Both the position numbers and the translations under genes were made by a program. Below are positions 1 through 9,067 of a DNA stretch of 36,217 nt, one piece after another. The notes under the pieces are model-generated. The model was given only the letters and a program-made list of their open reading frames with translations, had not been told where the DNA came from and searched no databases. The stretch's first letter is position 1. Each line of letters begins with the position of its first letter. Source of the DNA: an uncultured Clostridia bacterium (GTDB lineage Bacteria; Bacillota; Clostridia; Christensenellales; UBA1242); the NCBI GenBank assembly GCA_937900575.1, contig CALCEI010000167.1:1-36217 (forward strand), written 5' to 3'.

Positions 1-3000
1 AAAACAAGTCCTGACAACTTTAGTGATCAAAACGAAATATATAGAAAAGAATATGACAACACAGTTTCTTTTGTAAACCCTGGTTATTATTTGGTTTTGA
101 TTAAAGTTAACTTAACTTATGAAGTTTCTGGCAGTGAAGATTCTCCTGCATATTATCAAGTGTTTGCATTCCAAATCACTTCAAAAACCATTGTTGCAAA
201 ATTGTCAAAACAAATTGCAGAAGGTCAAGAAGAAGAAATTGGTTCAAACAAATTTACAAACAAAAACGTTAAAGTAACATGGGAAGTGCCAGCAACATTT
301 GAAAGACAAATTTCTGCACAATACCGTGTAAACAATGGCACAAATGCAACACAAATTGAAAACGGCGCAATTCTTGGTGCAGACGTTGCAGTTGGCACAT
401 ACGCAAAATATACAATTGAAATTAAGAGTGAAGGCGAAGCAAGCATAACTCACACAGTTACAATTGACCGTCAAGCAATTTCCGGCATTGGTTTATATGA
501 AATTGAAACAGTTTCTGCAGGTATCAGTTCAAAATATAATGTAATCAGGCAGACTGTACAAGGCCATGCTGAAGTTACAGGTTTAATAAGTGATTCTGCT
601 GTAACACTTTTCTGGGACAGAAAAGATAGTGGTGCTGGAATTTCAGCTAGATATTGGAGATGGGATTTTGTGGAAAACAAAGATGCAGAAGCATCAAGTG
701 TTTATGGCGATTCTTCAACTGAATCTTGGTTTAGCAACAAATATCAATTGGCAGGAAATGTAACAGGTCCAATTACAGGAATTTCAACAATCGGCGATTT
801 GAATGACGAAGTACCAAACAAATATGTTTACAAAAACAATGGTGTTTACTTGTTTGAATTGACAGATGATGCAGGCAACAGTTGTTACTATATGTTTGTG
901 GTTGATAACACTCCTGCTTACTTAAAAGTTGATAGTCAGTTTGTTAACGCAGAAGCAAAGTTGTTTGTTGACGGTGTTGATGTTGAAATAAGCACACACA
1001 AAGCAATAAAAATGTTTGCTTTGACCGGTGCAACCGAAACAGAACTTGTTAACACAATAAAAACAAGCACAGACGGAAAAGATATTTTAATGGCTTTCAT
1101 TGAACTTGCAAGTTTCCCAAATAAAGACGGCGAAACTAAAAACTTTATTAATGCAGGTTACTACAACGATGCTTACGATATTCGCAGAGTGTATGAATTG
1201 TTTGCAAAGCAATCCGAAAATTCTTACTTGATTGTAAAAAACGAATATATGTATGCTTACAACAACGAAAAAATTAAAGATACAAATTTGTGTACTTCAA
1301 TTGGAAGCAAGGGTGTTGTAAAAAGAATTGAAGAAGATAAAGCAAGACACGGAACAAGCACAATACGTAATTTATATTTGATTGGTGAAAACCAAGTGCA
1401 TGCAGGCGAAAGTGCAGAGAAGTTGGACTATGCAAAACTTACACAAACAAAATCTTACGCAATTGTTGAAATTAACAAAGACAACTCTTTGGGCATGGCA
1501 TATTATTCAAATGATGAAATTACAGCAAATTCAATAAGCAATGCTACAAGGCTTAACACAGGTTTAGATATTGATGGAGCGCATGCAACAAATGCAAATA
1601 ATATTGCATTCACTTGGACATTTGGAACAGGTGCATTTGAAGTTGAATCCATTAAATATAGTTATTATGCTTTGAATCCTAACAAATTTGTTGCTTCTGC
1701 AGATTATAAGGTTGTTGGCGATGAAGGCTGTTTCTACTACACCAACCCTGTGTTTACAGATAAAGTTTTATACGAAAACGGCACCTTCTATGCAGACGGT
1801 GGAAAATATGCTGAAGATACAAAGGGCTTTGTTATAATTAACAAAAAGAACAAACAAACTGAACCTGGTTTATATGTTGTAACACGTAAATACATAAATG
1901 AAGTTCTAGAAAGTGAAGAAGACACAACTGAACTTGATTATTACTTTATTGTTGATAGAAATGGAATTGTTTCTACTGCTGACGCAAACTTTGCAAAGAG
2001 CATCAACATTTCAATGTTGGGTGGAGAAAGCAAATGTAACGATTTTGAATCTATCGGTTACACAACAGAAAGGTTTAGTTATTCAACAGAAGAAGACGAA
2101 ACAAAATATACAATCTACTTAAGCACAAGCAAACTTCCAGCAAAAATCAACATTCCTGTTGCAAAATATTTTGACGGTGTGAATGGTTCAAATTATTATG
2201 CAGGAAAATTAACCTTTACGGTTTACTTTGTTGATAGGTTTGACCAATTGATTCCAATTGCAAAAGCAAGCAACACAACAGAAAAATTGTTTACAGTTGA
2301 TGTTGAAAATCCAGAAATTAAAAATGGCTACTATGTGTTAGATTTGGCTCAAGTTCAATTTAAATATAAAGATTTGTTCTTACAATCTGGCAACAACAAA
2401 GATTGGCTTTGCTTGCCTGGTGATTACATTGTTGCAATTTCAGACAGTGTTGAAACAATAGGCGAAAAGACAAAAGAATATATTGGATTTAGAATTGTTG
2501 ACGCAGTTGAACCACAAATGACAATTTCTGCAGCACTTAAACAAGATGCTGACGACAAATCTCATTGTGATGTAAATTTTGCAAAAGATAATTACGATAT
2601 TGTTACAAGTGCAGAAGTTGTTAAATTTGATTTAAATGCATACGACAACACAAATGACTATGCACAAGTTGACATGAATTATTTGGTTGTAAAACAATAT
2701 TATGGCAACGGAGTTTCTTATTTCATAAATTATCCATACAGCGCACAGGGTGGCATAAGTTTGGATACAGATTCCGAATATGTAACAAATCACAGGCAAG
2801 AAGGGAAGTTGGTTTCCAGAACAATTTATTTGGATACAAAGTTAATTCGTGATGCATCAGGTAAAATTGATGTTTCAAAACTTGATATTCCACTTTATTA
2901 TGAAATAACAATTAGGTACAAAATTTCTAACTCTGCAAGTGTGAAGAGCGACGAATTTAAAAATTGTTATTACGTTTATAATGACGGCGTAAAAGAAACA

Positions 3001-6000
3001 TATTACGAAAAGACTTACAAAGTTACAATTGATAGGGTTGCTCCAACAAACAACATCAACAGTTTGGAAGCAAATGATAAGTTGGCAAAATATTATCGTG
3101 TTGGAGATAACGCATCATTGTTTGCACCAACTGTAACAGACAACGAAGCAGGTATTTACTTTGCAAAAGAATATATAAACAGAGACCTTGAACATCTTTA
3201 TGCCTTTGCAGTAACAAAAGATACACCATTTGATGTAACCGGACTTTCTGCAGTTTACTACAACGCATTTGAATCAGTTGGCGAATTACATTGGGCACCA
3301 GGTCAATTACCTGACGGCATTCTGGCAAATTTAACAAATGTCTCAACATTTGGTGACCTAGGTTTTGGCGCAGATGCAGATTCTAAATATATTGAAATTT
3401 TGGAATTGGACGAAGCAGGTAACACTGCACAATACTTAATTTATTATTGTTCAGACGAAATTTCTTACAACGATGTAAGCATAAGTTTTGGTGCAAAACA
3501 ATATACACCAACAGGCGACAGCAGTGAATGGACACCTTTGGAATTTAATGTTAATGATAAGGGCAAATCCTTCACCGTATTTGATGTTGCAGCAACAGAT
3601 GAAGAGACAGGAGTTGAATTCGCAAGTTTCTATAGAGGCAACAATAATGAAACATTCTATTACTTTGCTTTTGTTGATGTAAACACATCACAAATCAAAT
3701 TTAGTTACACAACCAATGGTGGCATGAACCTTAACAATGCTGATGTTGCAAAAACAGTTGTAGATGCAATTAAAGCAATGGGTCCAGGCAACTATAAATT
3801 TACAATCTTAACACAAGATGCAAACAAATCTTATTCTGCAATCTTTGATTATTATTCTTCAGAAGATTATCACATTGATGCAAAAGATTTGGTTTCAGAA
3901 GATAAAAATTGGATTACACTTAACAAAGCAAACAAGATGATTAAAAACATCATGTACTATGCACGTAAAGTTGTAATAAAAGAAGATAACAGCGAAACAA
4001 CTTACATCTGTGTTCCACAAGATGGAAGATATGATTATTACAAAGATGTAAATGGCGACGGTCAAATTACCGAAGAAGAAATTGTTGGTTCAAACCCTGT
4101 TGTGAATGTGCCAACAAAGAAAAACAGCACATATCAAATTACAACCCACGACGTGTTTGGCAAGTTGAGTAATTATAGATTTAAAGCATCAGAAGACGGC
4201 GACGAATTTATTAAGGTTGAATCGGTTGGCGAATTCTTTAAGTATAACCAAACATATTATACTTATGATGAAACAACTCTTAAATTTGACGTAAACGTTT
4301 ATACAATCACTGCAACTTACACTTATAACGGCACAACGGGAACATTACCAGTTAATGACCCAAGCGAAGAAGTCTCAGTATGCGACGGCTTAATTAGATA
4401 TAACAGAATTAGTGGCACAATCACAATGTTGCCAGAAACAACCTTGCCTGCAGGTGCAACTTTAGGCATTGAAGTAAAATTCTATTATAACGGAGTTTAC
4501 GAAACAACTTATACAGTTTTGTTGGACTGCAACACACACAATGTGATGTTGAAAGATATGGATAACGTATCACACGACATAATGTATAACTTTAACGTTG
4601 GCCCAGATTTCTACAGCAAAGTAAAAGACTTTGGCAGTTCACATTCTGGCACGATGAATTTAAGTTGGGAACATTTGTTAGATAGTCAATATACTTATAG
4701 TTACAGATTACACGAAATTATGAATGACGGAACAGTTAAAATTACTGAACTTGACGATGTAACAAACAAAGTTATCAGCACAATTTCAACAAGTACAGGT
4801 AAGTATTATTTTGAAATTGTTGTGCGTTCAAACCCAGAATATACAGACGGAACAAGCATTTATATTGGAAACAAAGTTTATGCATTCTCAGTTAAAGCAA
4901 CTCCTTCAGAATTATACTTTGTTGAAAATGAAGATGGTGAAGCAATTGCACCAAATTCAACATTTAAAGCAAACGAAATTCCAGGTCTTTACCAAAGCAA
5001 TTCATTGCCAAATAGAGATATGCCATTATATATTTGCACGGGTGATATAGTTGGAAATGGGCCTACATTCAACATTGGAAATGTGATTATTGATGAAACT
5101 AGAGGCATCAGCAAACATGAGATTTGCAAAATAGACCTTGAAGATGGCTATTGGTTCACTCTTGTTGAAGTGCGTACTGCAACTTATTCACTTTATGTTG
5201 GTTTGTTGCAAGCACCAAAAACAGATAGCATTATTTCAAACAACTTGAAATATGATTCAACAGAATGGAATACAGCATTAACATTAAAAGCAGAACCATA
5301 CGTAACAAAGCAAGATGTAAAATTACACTTTACCTTAAAGGTTTCTGGAGAAAGAATCAAACTTAAAAACTTAATTTTGCTTGACGTTTACTACAACGGT
5401 CAATTTGTAAAAACTTACACACCTTCCTTGGACGGCAAAGGGGTTTATACAGTAAGCGAAAGAGAGTATGATTATTTAATTAAAGGTAGTGGCGAATATA
5501 CATTCAAATTTAGAGATTTGGCAGGCAACACACAAGTGTTTAATGCACAAGCAGAAGCCTTGCCATCAGACCACATCAGTTTGACAGTTTTACGTGATGT
5601 TGTTGTAAATGTTGAAAACAACGGAAAAGTTACAGCACCTATTGATAATGCATACTATAACGGCGATGTTAAAGTGTCAGTTTATAACGATACAATTTAT
5701 GGTTCAAGCCTTGTAAATTTGGTTGCAACCAGAAATAACGAAAATTATAACTATACAAAATCTGGTTACACATATACATTTACACAACCTGGAACATATC
5801 GTTTGAAATTCTCTGTGGATTATAAAGGAACAACATTAACAAAAACTTTGGTGTTTACAATCATTAATCCAAAAGAATGCAGAGAAAATATTAACTTAAC
5901 AACAATTGCTGGTTACACAATAACAAAAGTTACAAAACTTGACGGTACAGACGTAACAACGGCTTTCTTGAATATGATTAAAGAATCTGGAAGGCTTTTA

Positions 6001-6510
6001 ACTTACGATACAGTTATTGCAAACAGCGATGCAATGAACCTTTCTGCAGGCAAACAATACTTTAACATTGAATATAAAGTTGAAGCAGGTGTTTACCCAG
6101 AACGTAGTGCAAGTTTTGCCTTCAGCATGAACAATGAAATTCCAAATATTACGTGTTCAATTGCTCCTGGCGAAACGACAACAAAAGGCTTTACAATTTC
6201 TTACAATGCAGGAATCATTTATGACCAAGTTGGAGAATGCGTAATTTACGTAAATAATTCACGTTTTGAAATTGATGAAAATTCAGCAGATACACTTTCC
6301 ACAATTACAATTACACAAAAAGACCATGGCACTGGAGATTATTACATATCTTTACAAACCACATCTGGCAAAGTAATTTCAAGCTTTAAAGTGATTGTTA
6401 AAGAACCTTTGAATGCTTGGGCAATTGTGATTATTGTTGTTGCTGTGGCTGCAGTAGGTACAGTTGTAATAACAATCATTGTATTGCGTAACAAGATGAG
6501 AATTAGATAG
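1..6510 (+). CDS. Giant cell-surface protein, 5'-truncated by the window edge (>=2169 aa visible); repeated Ig-like/beta-sandwich-type modules; C-terminal transmembrane tail anchor
   Basis: Frame 1 is open from nt 1: KTSPDNFSDQNEIYRKEYDNTVSFVNPGYY precedes the tracker's TTG at 91. It runs to TAG at 6508-6510, so the true start lies upstream of the window. Composition is Y/N/T/V/G-rich. D-x-A-G-N motifs occur at 865-879, 3409-3423 and 5515-5529, each near a '..VD/..TIDR.AP' type module boundary, as in bacterial Ig-like adhesin domains. The last 31 aa are a hydrophobic helix (AWAIVIIVVAVAAVGTVVITIIVL) plus a basic tail (RNKMRIR). No LPXTG-like motif precedes the helix. Confidence 0.8.
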   Translation, partial: KTSPDNFSDQNEIYRKEYDNTVSFVNPGYYLVLIKVNLTYEVSGSEDSPAYYQVFAFQITSKTIVAKLSKQIAEGQEEEIGSNKFTNKNVKVTWEVPATFERQISAQYRVNNGTNATQIENGAILGADVAVGTYAKYTIEIKSEGEASITHTVTIDRQAISGIGLYEIETVSAGISSKYNVIRQTVQGHAEVTGLISDSAVTLFWDRKDSGAGISARYWRWDFVENKDAEASSVYGDSSTESWFSNKYQLAGNVTGPITGISTIGDLNDEVPNKYVYKNNGVYLFELTDDAGNSCYYMFVVDNTPAYLKVDSQFVNAEAKLFVDGVDVEISTHKAIKMFALTGATETELVNTIKTSTDGKDILMAFIELASFPNKDGETKNFINAGYYNDAYDIRRVYELFAKQSENSYLIVKNEYMYAYNNEKIKDTNLCTSIGSKGVVKRIEEDKARHGTSTIRNLYLIGENQVHAGESAEKLDYAKLTQTKSYAIVEINKDNSLGMAYYSNDEITANSISNATRLNTGLDIDGAHATNANNIAFTWTFGTGAFEVESIKYSYYALNPNKFVASADYKVVGDEGCFYYTNPVFTDKVLYENGTFYADGGKYAEDTKGFVIINKKNKQTEPGLYVVTRKYINEVLESEEDTTELDYYFIVDRNGIVSTADANFAKSINISMLGGESKCNDFESIGYTTERFSYSTEEDETKYTIYLSTSKLPAKINIPVAKYFDGVNGSNYYAGKLTFTVYFVDRFDQLIPIAKASNTTEKLFTVDVENPEIKNGYYVLDLAQVQFKYKDLFLQSGNNKDWLCLPGDYIVAISDSVETIGEKTKEYIGFRIVDAVEPQMTISAALKQDADDKSHCDVNFAKDNYDIVTSAEVVKFDLNAYDNTNDYAQVDMNYLVVKQYYGNGVSYFINYPYSAQGGISLDTDSEYVTNHRQEGKLVSRTIYLDTKLIRDASGKIDVSKLDIPLYYEITIRYKISNSASVKSDEFKNCYYVYNDGVKETYYEKTYKVTIDRVAPTNNINSLEANDKLAKYYRVGDNASLFAPTVTDNEAGIYFAKEYINRDLEHLYAFAVTKDTPFDVTGLSAVYYNAFESVGELHWAPGQLPDGILANLTNVSTFGDLGFGADADSKYIEILELDEAGNTAQYLIYYCSDEISYNDVSISFGAKQYTPTGDSSEWTPLEFNVNDKGKSFTVFDVAATDEETGVEFASFYRGNNNETFYYFAFVDVNTSQIKFSYTTNGGMNLNNADVAKTVVDAIKAMGPGNYKFTILTQDANKSYSAIFDYYSSEDYHIDAKDLVSEDKNWITLNKANKMIKNIMYYARKVVIKEDNSETTYICVPQDGRYDYYKDVNGDGQITEEEIVGSNPVVNVPTKKNSTYQITTHDVFGKLSNYRFKASEDGDEFIKVESVGEFFKYNQTYYTYDETTLKFDVNVYTITATYTYNGTTGTLPVNDPSEEVSVCDGLIRYNRISGTITMLPETTLPAGATLGIEVKFYYNGVYETTYTVLLDCNTHNVMLKDMDNVSHDIMYNFNVGPDFYSKVKDFGSSHSGTMNLSWEHLLDSQYTYSYRLHEIMNDGTVKITELDDVTNKVISTISTSTGKYYFEIVVRSNPEYTDGTSIYIGNKVYAFSVKATPSELYFVENEDGEAIAPNSTFKANEIPGLYQSNSLPNRDMPLYICTGDIVGNGPTFNIGNVIIDETRGISKHEICKIDLEDGYWFTLVEVRTATYSLYVGLLQAPKTDSIISNNLKYDSTEWNTALTLKAEPYVTKQDVKLHFTLKVSGERIKLKNLILLDVYYNGQFVKTYTPSLDGKGVYTVSEREYDYLIKGSGEYTFKFRDLAGNTQVFNAQAEALPSDHISLTVLRDVVVNVENNGKVTAPIDNAYYNGDVKVSVYNDTIYGSSLVNLVATRNNENYNYTKSGYTYTFTQPGTYRLKFSVDYKGTTLTKTLVFTIINPKECRENINLTTIAGYTITKVTKLDGTDVTTAFLNMIKESGRLLTYDTVIANSDAMNLSAGKQYFNIEYKVEAGVYPERSASFAFSMNNEIPNITCSIAPGETTTKGFTISYNAGIIYDQVGECVIYVNNSRFEIDENSADTLSTITITQKDHGTGDYYISLQTTSGKVISSFKVIVKEPLNAWAIVIIVVAVAAVGTVVITIIVLRNKMRIR

Positions 6511-6511
6511 C

Positions 6512-6539
6512 AAAAAAACTCGGGTAACCGAGTTTTTTG
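6512..6539. terminator. Bidirectional rho-independent terminator between convergent genes
   Basis: AAAAAACTCGG-gtaa-CCGAGTTTTTT. This is a perfect 11-bp stem in which the flanking A-run and T-run pair with each other. It sits between the stop at 6510 (+) and the stop at 6540 (-). Confidence 0.8.
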
Positions 6540-7634
6540 TTATTTGTTTATATCTTCAGTCGAAGGTTTTGGTGTTGATTTCTTTTCTTTTTTTCCTGTT
6601 TTTAATTGACGGAAGAAAATTTCACCTTCGTGAGATTGGAAGTAAACACCAACAATCCCTTTTTTCTTACTGCTTAAAATGTAGTACGCTGCACGTTTAC
6701 GTGCGCCACCAACAATGTAACCAACACGTTTGTTATTTGGTTCCACAAACACGTTGTAAGCACGAATTCTGCCTTGATTATCTAAAATTGTTATGCCGTC
6801 AAAGTTAAGCATTTTAATAAGCAAATCACAATGTGCTTGCAATTTTGTTTCGCTGTAACTTTTGGATTGTGTAAACAACTTGCTGAACGAGATTGGTTCT
6901 TTTAACCAAACACCGTCTTCAAACATTCCGTTATCTTTATAATCTTTATCCACAATCACGCAAATTGAACCATTGTTAACATCATTAATAACGTTGGTGA
7001 AAACGTTTTGGTACATATTTTTCATATCCTGCAATTTACGTTGTGTTGTGCGCAATTTTGAAAATACAGTATCAATAAATTCTTTAATTTCTGAAGAATA
7101 TGTGTTATCCTTGGTTTTATCCAAAGAAAAGTTTATGTAAACAGCATTTCCAGAAATTGATTTTAAGGACATGGTGTAAAAGTTGAGTGGACGCACAAGC
7201 ACGCAGTGGATATCATCACGGTCTTTTAACGAGTTGATTTCTTCAATAACTTGAATTACGCTTCTGTCTTTAATGCTTCTAAAGGACATAATTAAACCAT
7301 AAGAAATTTTGTTTGGTTTTATGTCAATAAACAAGCACCAATCTGGCCTTGCAACTGCCAAAATTGTTTTTAATCTTAATTTAAACATTGTTGGTTCTTC
7401 ATCTTCAAACAATGTTAAAACATTAATTTTGTTAAGTGATTTTGACAAAACTTCAATGTTGTCTGTAAACACAATTTTTGGTTTTATGCTTACGCCTTCT
7501 TCGTTGTAATTTAAAAAATCATTAAAGTTATTTAAGAAGTGTGACATAAGGAGTGGTGGAAAATCTGGAAATTCTTGTTCAAAAAAAGTTGTAACCCTTT
7601 CTTTTGCATTATCAAAAAACATCATCTCTTCCAT
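6540..7634 (-). CDS. Hypothetical protein with divergent diadenylate cyclase (DAC/DisA_N)-like C-terminal domain and unknown ~210-aa N-terminal domain
   Basis: ATG at 7634 is preceded by GAGGTGAG. The C-terminal ~150 aa carry GSICVIV ... FDGITIL (D279, 6798-6800) ... GGARKRAA (R312-K313-R314, 6693-6701) ... QSHEGE. Order and spacing match the DAC motifs GALIVI / HDGA / GTRHRAA / SEETG: DG to R.R is 33 aa versus 32 in my recollection of the B. subtilis CdaA sequence, and R.R to S.E is 22 aa versus 19. The assignment rests on these motifs only. Confidence 0.5.
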   Translation of the reverse strand: MEEMMFFDNAKERVTTFFEQEFPDFPPLLMSHFLNNFNDFLNYNEEGVSIKPKIVFTDNIEVLSKSLNKINVLTLFEDEEPTMFKLRLKTILAVARPDWCLFIDIKPNKISYGLIMSFRSIKDRSVIQVIEEINSLKDRDDIHCVLVRPLNFYTMSLKSISGNAVYINFSLDKTKDNTYSSEIKEFIDTVFSKLRTTQRKLQDMKNMYQNVFTNVINDVNNGSICVIVDKDYKDNGMFEDGVWLKEPISFSKLFTQSKSYSETKLQAHCDLLIKMLNFDGITILDNQGRIRAYNVFVEPNNKRVGYIVGGARKRAAYYILSSKKKGIVGVYFQSHEGEIFFRQLKTGKKEKKSTPKPSTEDINK

Positions 7635-7677
7635 AACTCACCTCACAGAAATTTATTTTATAAATCCTTACAAAAAG

Positions 7678-7706
7678 AATATAACAATTTTTGTCGGTTT
7701 ATGCAA
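7678..7706 (-). promoter_or_regulatory. Sigma-A-type promoter for the DAC-like gene
   Basis: On the minus strand: TTGCAT (7706-7701), 17-nt spacer, TGt-TATATT (extended -10; -10 at 7683-7678), about 40 nt upstream of the ATG. Confidence 0.5.
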
Positions 7707-7758
7707 ATATTTTGTGAAAGTTTTTTGAAAAAATATAAAAAATATTTATTTTTAATAT

Positions 7759-8034
7759 TTAATTATTATTTTTTGATGATTGTTCGTTAAGCTGAGCTTT
7801 TAAAAATATAACTTCATTCTTGAGTCTATTACATTCTGCCTGTTTTTCTTTAAGCTCTTTTAAAAGTTTTTCAAAAGATAGGTTCATATTTAAAATTTCG
7901 CTTTTGGTTTCCAACTCAATTTTCTTTCTTACCACGCCAACAACACCGTTAAAAAGAGCAGTGATATCTGCATCACTGATTTGTGGTGGCATAACATGAA
8001 TTTTGCAATCTTTTGCTTCCAATTTATTTTTCAT
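7759..8034 (-). CDS. Small coiled-coil protein, unknown function (91 aa from ATG; tracker start is a TTG at 8052)
   Basis: ORF MKNKLEAKDCKIHVMPPQISDADITALFNG...; the C-terminal half is a heptad-like K/E/L-rich segment (LLKELKEKQAECNRLKNEVIFLKAQLNEQ). The SD is weak, so the start is uncertain. No family recognised. Confidence 0.45.
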   Translation of the reverse strand: MKNKLEAKDCKIHVMPPQISDADITALFNGVVGVVRKKIELETKSEILNMNLSFEKLLKELKEKQAECNRLKNEVIFLKAQLNEQSSKNNN

Positions 8035-8100
8035 AAAATTATCTTGCCCCAATGCTTATTGAAATATTTTTTGAAATTTTGGTTTGTTTGTAATTTTTTG

Positions 8101-8183
8101 TTTAAAAGCAAAATTTTTTACTTTCGATATTAAAGCAAATTTTTTGTTTTCAACATTAAAGCAAATTTTTTTGTTTTGCAACA
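8101..8183. repeat. Three tandem ~26-28-bp direct repeats in a divergent intergenic region
   Basis: R1 8101-8128 TTTAAAAGCAAAATTTTTTACTTTCGAT; R2 8129-8154 ATTAAAGCAAATTTTTTGTTTTCAAC; R3 8155-8182 ATTAAAGCAAATTTTTTTGTTTTGCAAC. R2 and R3 differ only by two single-nucleotide insertions. Confidence 0.8.
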
Positions 8184-8194
8184 TAAATATAAAT

Positions 8195-9067
8195 ATGGTG
8201 TATCTTTTTTCCAACTATCATTGTGTTGTCAGTGGTAAAAGCAAAACAGAAATTTTGCCGTTTGTAAAATACGAAGTTGCGTGTGTAGAAAATGAAATTT
8301 CGGTTGTAACTCCGTTTTGTGAAGGCGAAAGTTTTGCTGTTAATTTTTATGATTTATTAAACAAATGTGTTAAATGTAAAAATGTTTGTGTGGCGTGTGT
8401 GGGTTGCGATAAATTTGTTTTTTTGTTTAAACCAAACACAGTGTGCAAGCAATGTGTAAATTTTTTGTGGAACAGCAAAAACGTGTGTGTTTCCGTCGGC
8501 GAAGAAATTACAATTTTTGTTGACGGCGAAGCATGGGGCAGTTACAGTTGTTGTGATGTTGAATATAGCCACTTTGAAACTTGTGGAAACAATTTACTTA
8601 TTCACTTTTCTGGCAAACGCAAATTTTTGTGTGTGTTGGAAGAAACAAAAATTGTTTGGGCAAATTATTATGACGAACAAAACTTGTTAGACAAAGAAAA
8701 ATATTTTATGAGTAAACAATTGGATTTTTTGGCACACGGCAAGGTTTGCCACATAAAAGAAAATTCAGTTGAAACATATTGTGCGTATACAGACAACAAC
8801 GATTTAAATTTGTGTGAAGAATTTGTGCCATTTGTGTTTTTAGATTGCATCATTGCTTCAAACTTTTCTTATTGTAAAAATTTGTTGTGTGACGACCTTA
8901 AAAGTGAAGATATTGATTACACAGCATATTTTGGCGAAATAGACTTATACTTCTGTTTAAGTTACAACGTGTTTGCAGTGTTCAAAAAAAATACCCTTAC
9001 GGGTATTTATAAATTTGAAGTTGAAAACAAGGTTGTTACAAACATTGTTAACTTATTGGAAGTTTAG
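8195..9067 (+). CDS. Cysteine-rich hypothetical protein (290 aa, 22 Cys)
   Basis: A 327-codon frame is open in AT-rich DNA, and the first ATG is at 8195 (MVYLFSNYHC...). There is a Cys cluster NKCVKCKNVCVACVGC (8366-8407), no signal peptide and no recognisable SD upstream. The 3' end overlaps the convergent ATPase gene by 20 nt. No family recognised. Confidence 0.55.
   Translation: MVYLFSNYHCVVSGKSKTEILPFVKYEVACVENEISVVTPFCEGESFAVNFYDLLNKCVKCKNVCVACVGCDKFVFLFKPNTVCKQCVNFLWNSKNVCVSVGEEITIFVDGEAWGSYSCCDVEYSHFETCGNNLLIHFSGKRKFLCVLEETKIVWANYYDEQNLLDKEKYFMSKQLDFLAHGKVCHIKENSVETYCAYTDNNDLNLCEEFVPFVFLDCIIASNFSYCKNLLCDDLKSEDIDYTAYFGEIDLYFCLSYNVFAVFKKNTLTGIYKFEVENKVVTNIVNLLEV

Noticed and set aside
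1-93. Tracker start (TTG at 91) for the giant ORF
   Set aside because: The same frame has no stop from nt 1 to 90, and the upstream residues look like a continuation of the same protein. The gene is therefore 5'-truncated by the window, not started at 91.
8084-8194. N-terminal extension of the Cys-rich ORF from the TTG at 8084 (MFVIFCLKAKFFTFDIKANFLFSTLKQIFLFCNININ)
   Set aside because: This stretch is the translated tandem DNA repeat (8101-8183), F/L/K-rich low complexity with no SD. The first ATG at 8195 is the more plausible start, although it also lacks an SD.
8366-8407. CxxxCxxC within CKNVCVAC as a radical-SAM or Fe-S signature
   Set aside because: The motif sits in a run of five Cys generated by TGT/GTG-rich DNA. 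I could see no other radical-SAM hallmarks (GGE, a SAM-binding motif) or ferredoxin CxxCxxCxxxCP motif. It may still bind metal, but no family call is justified.
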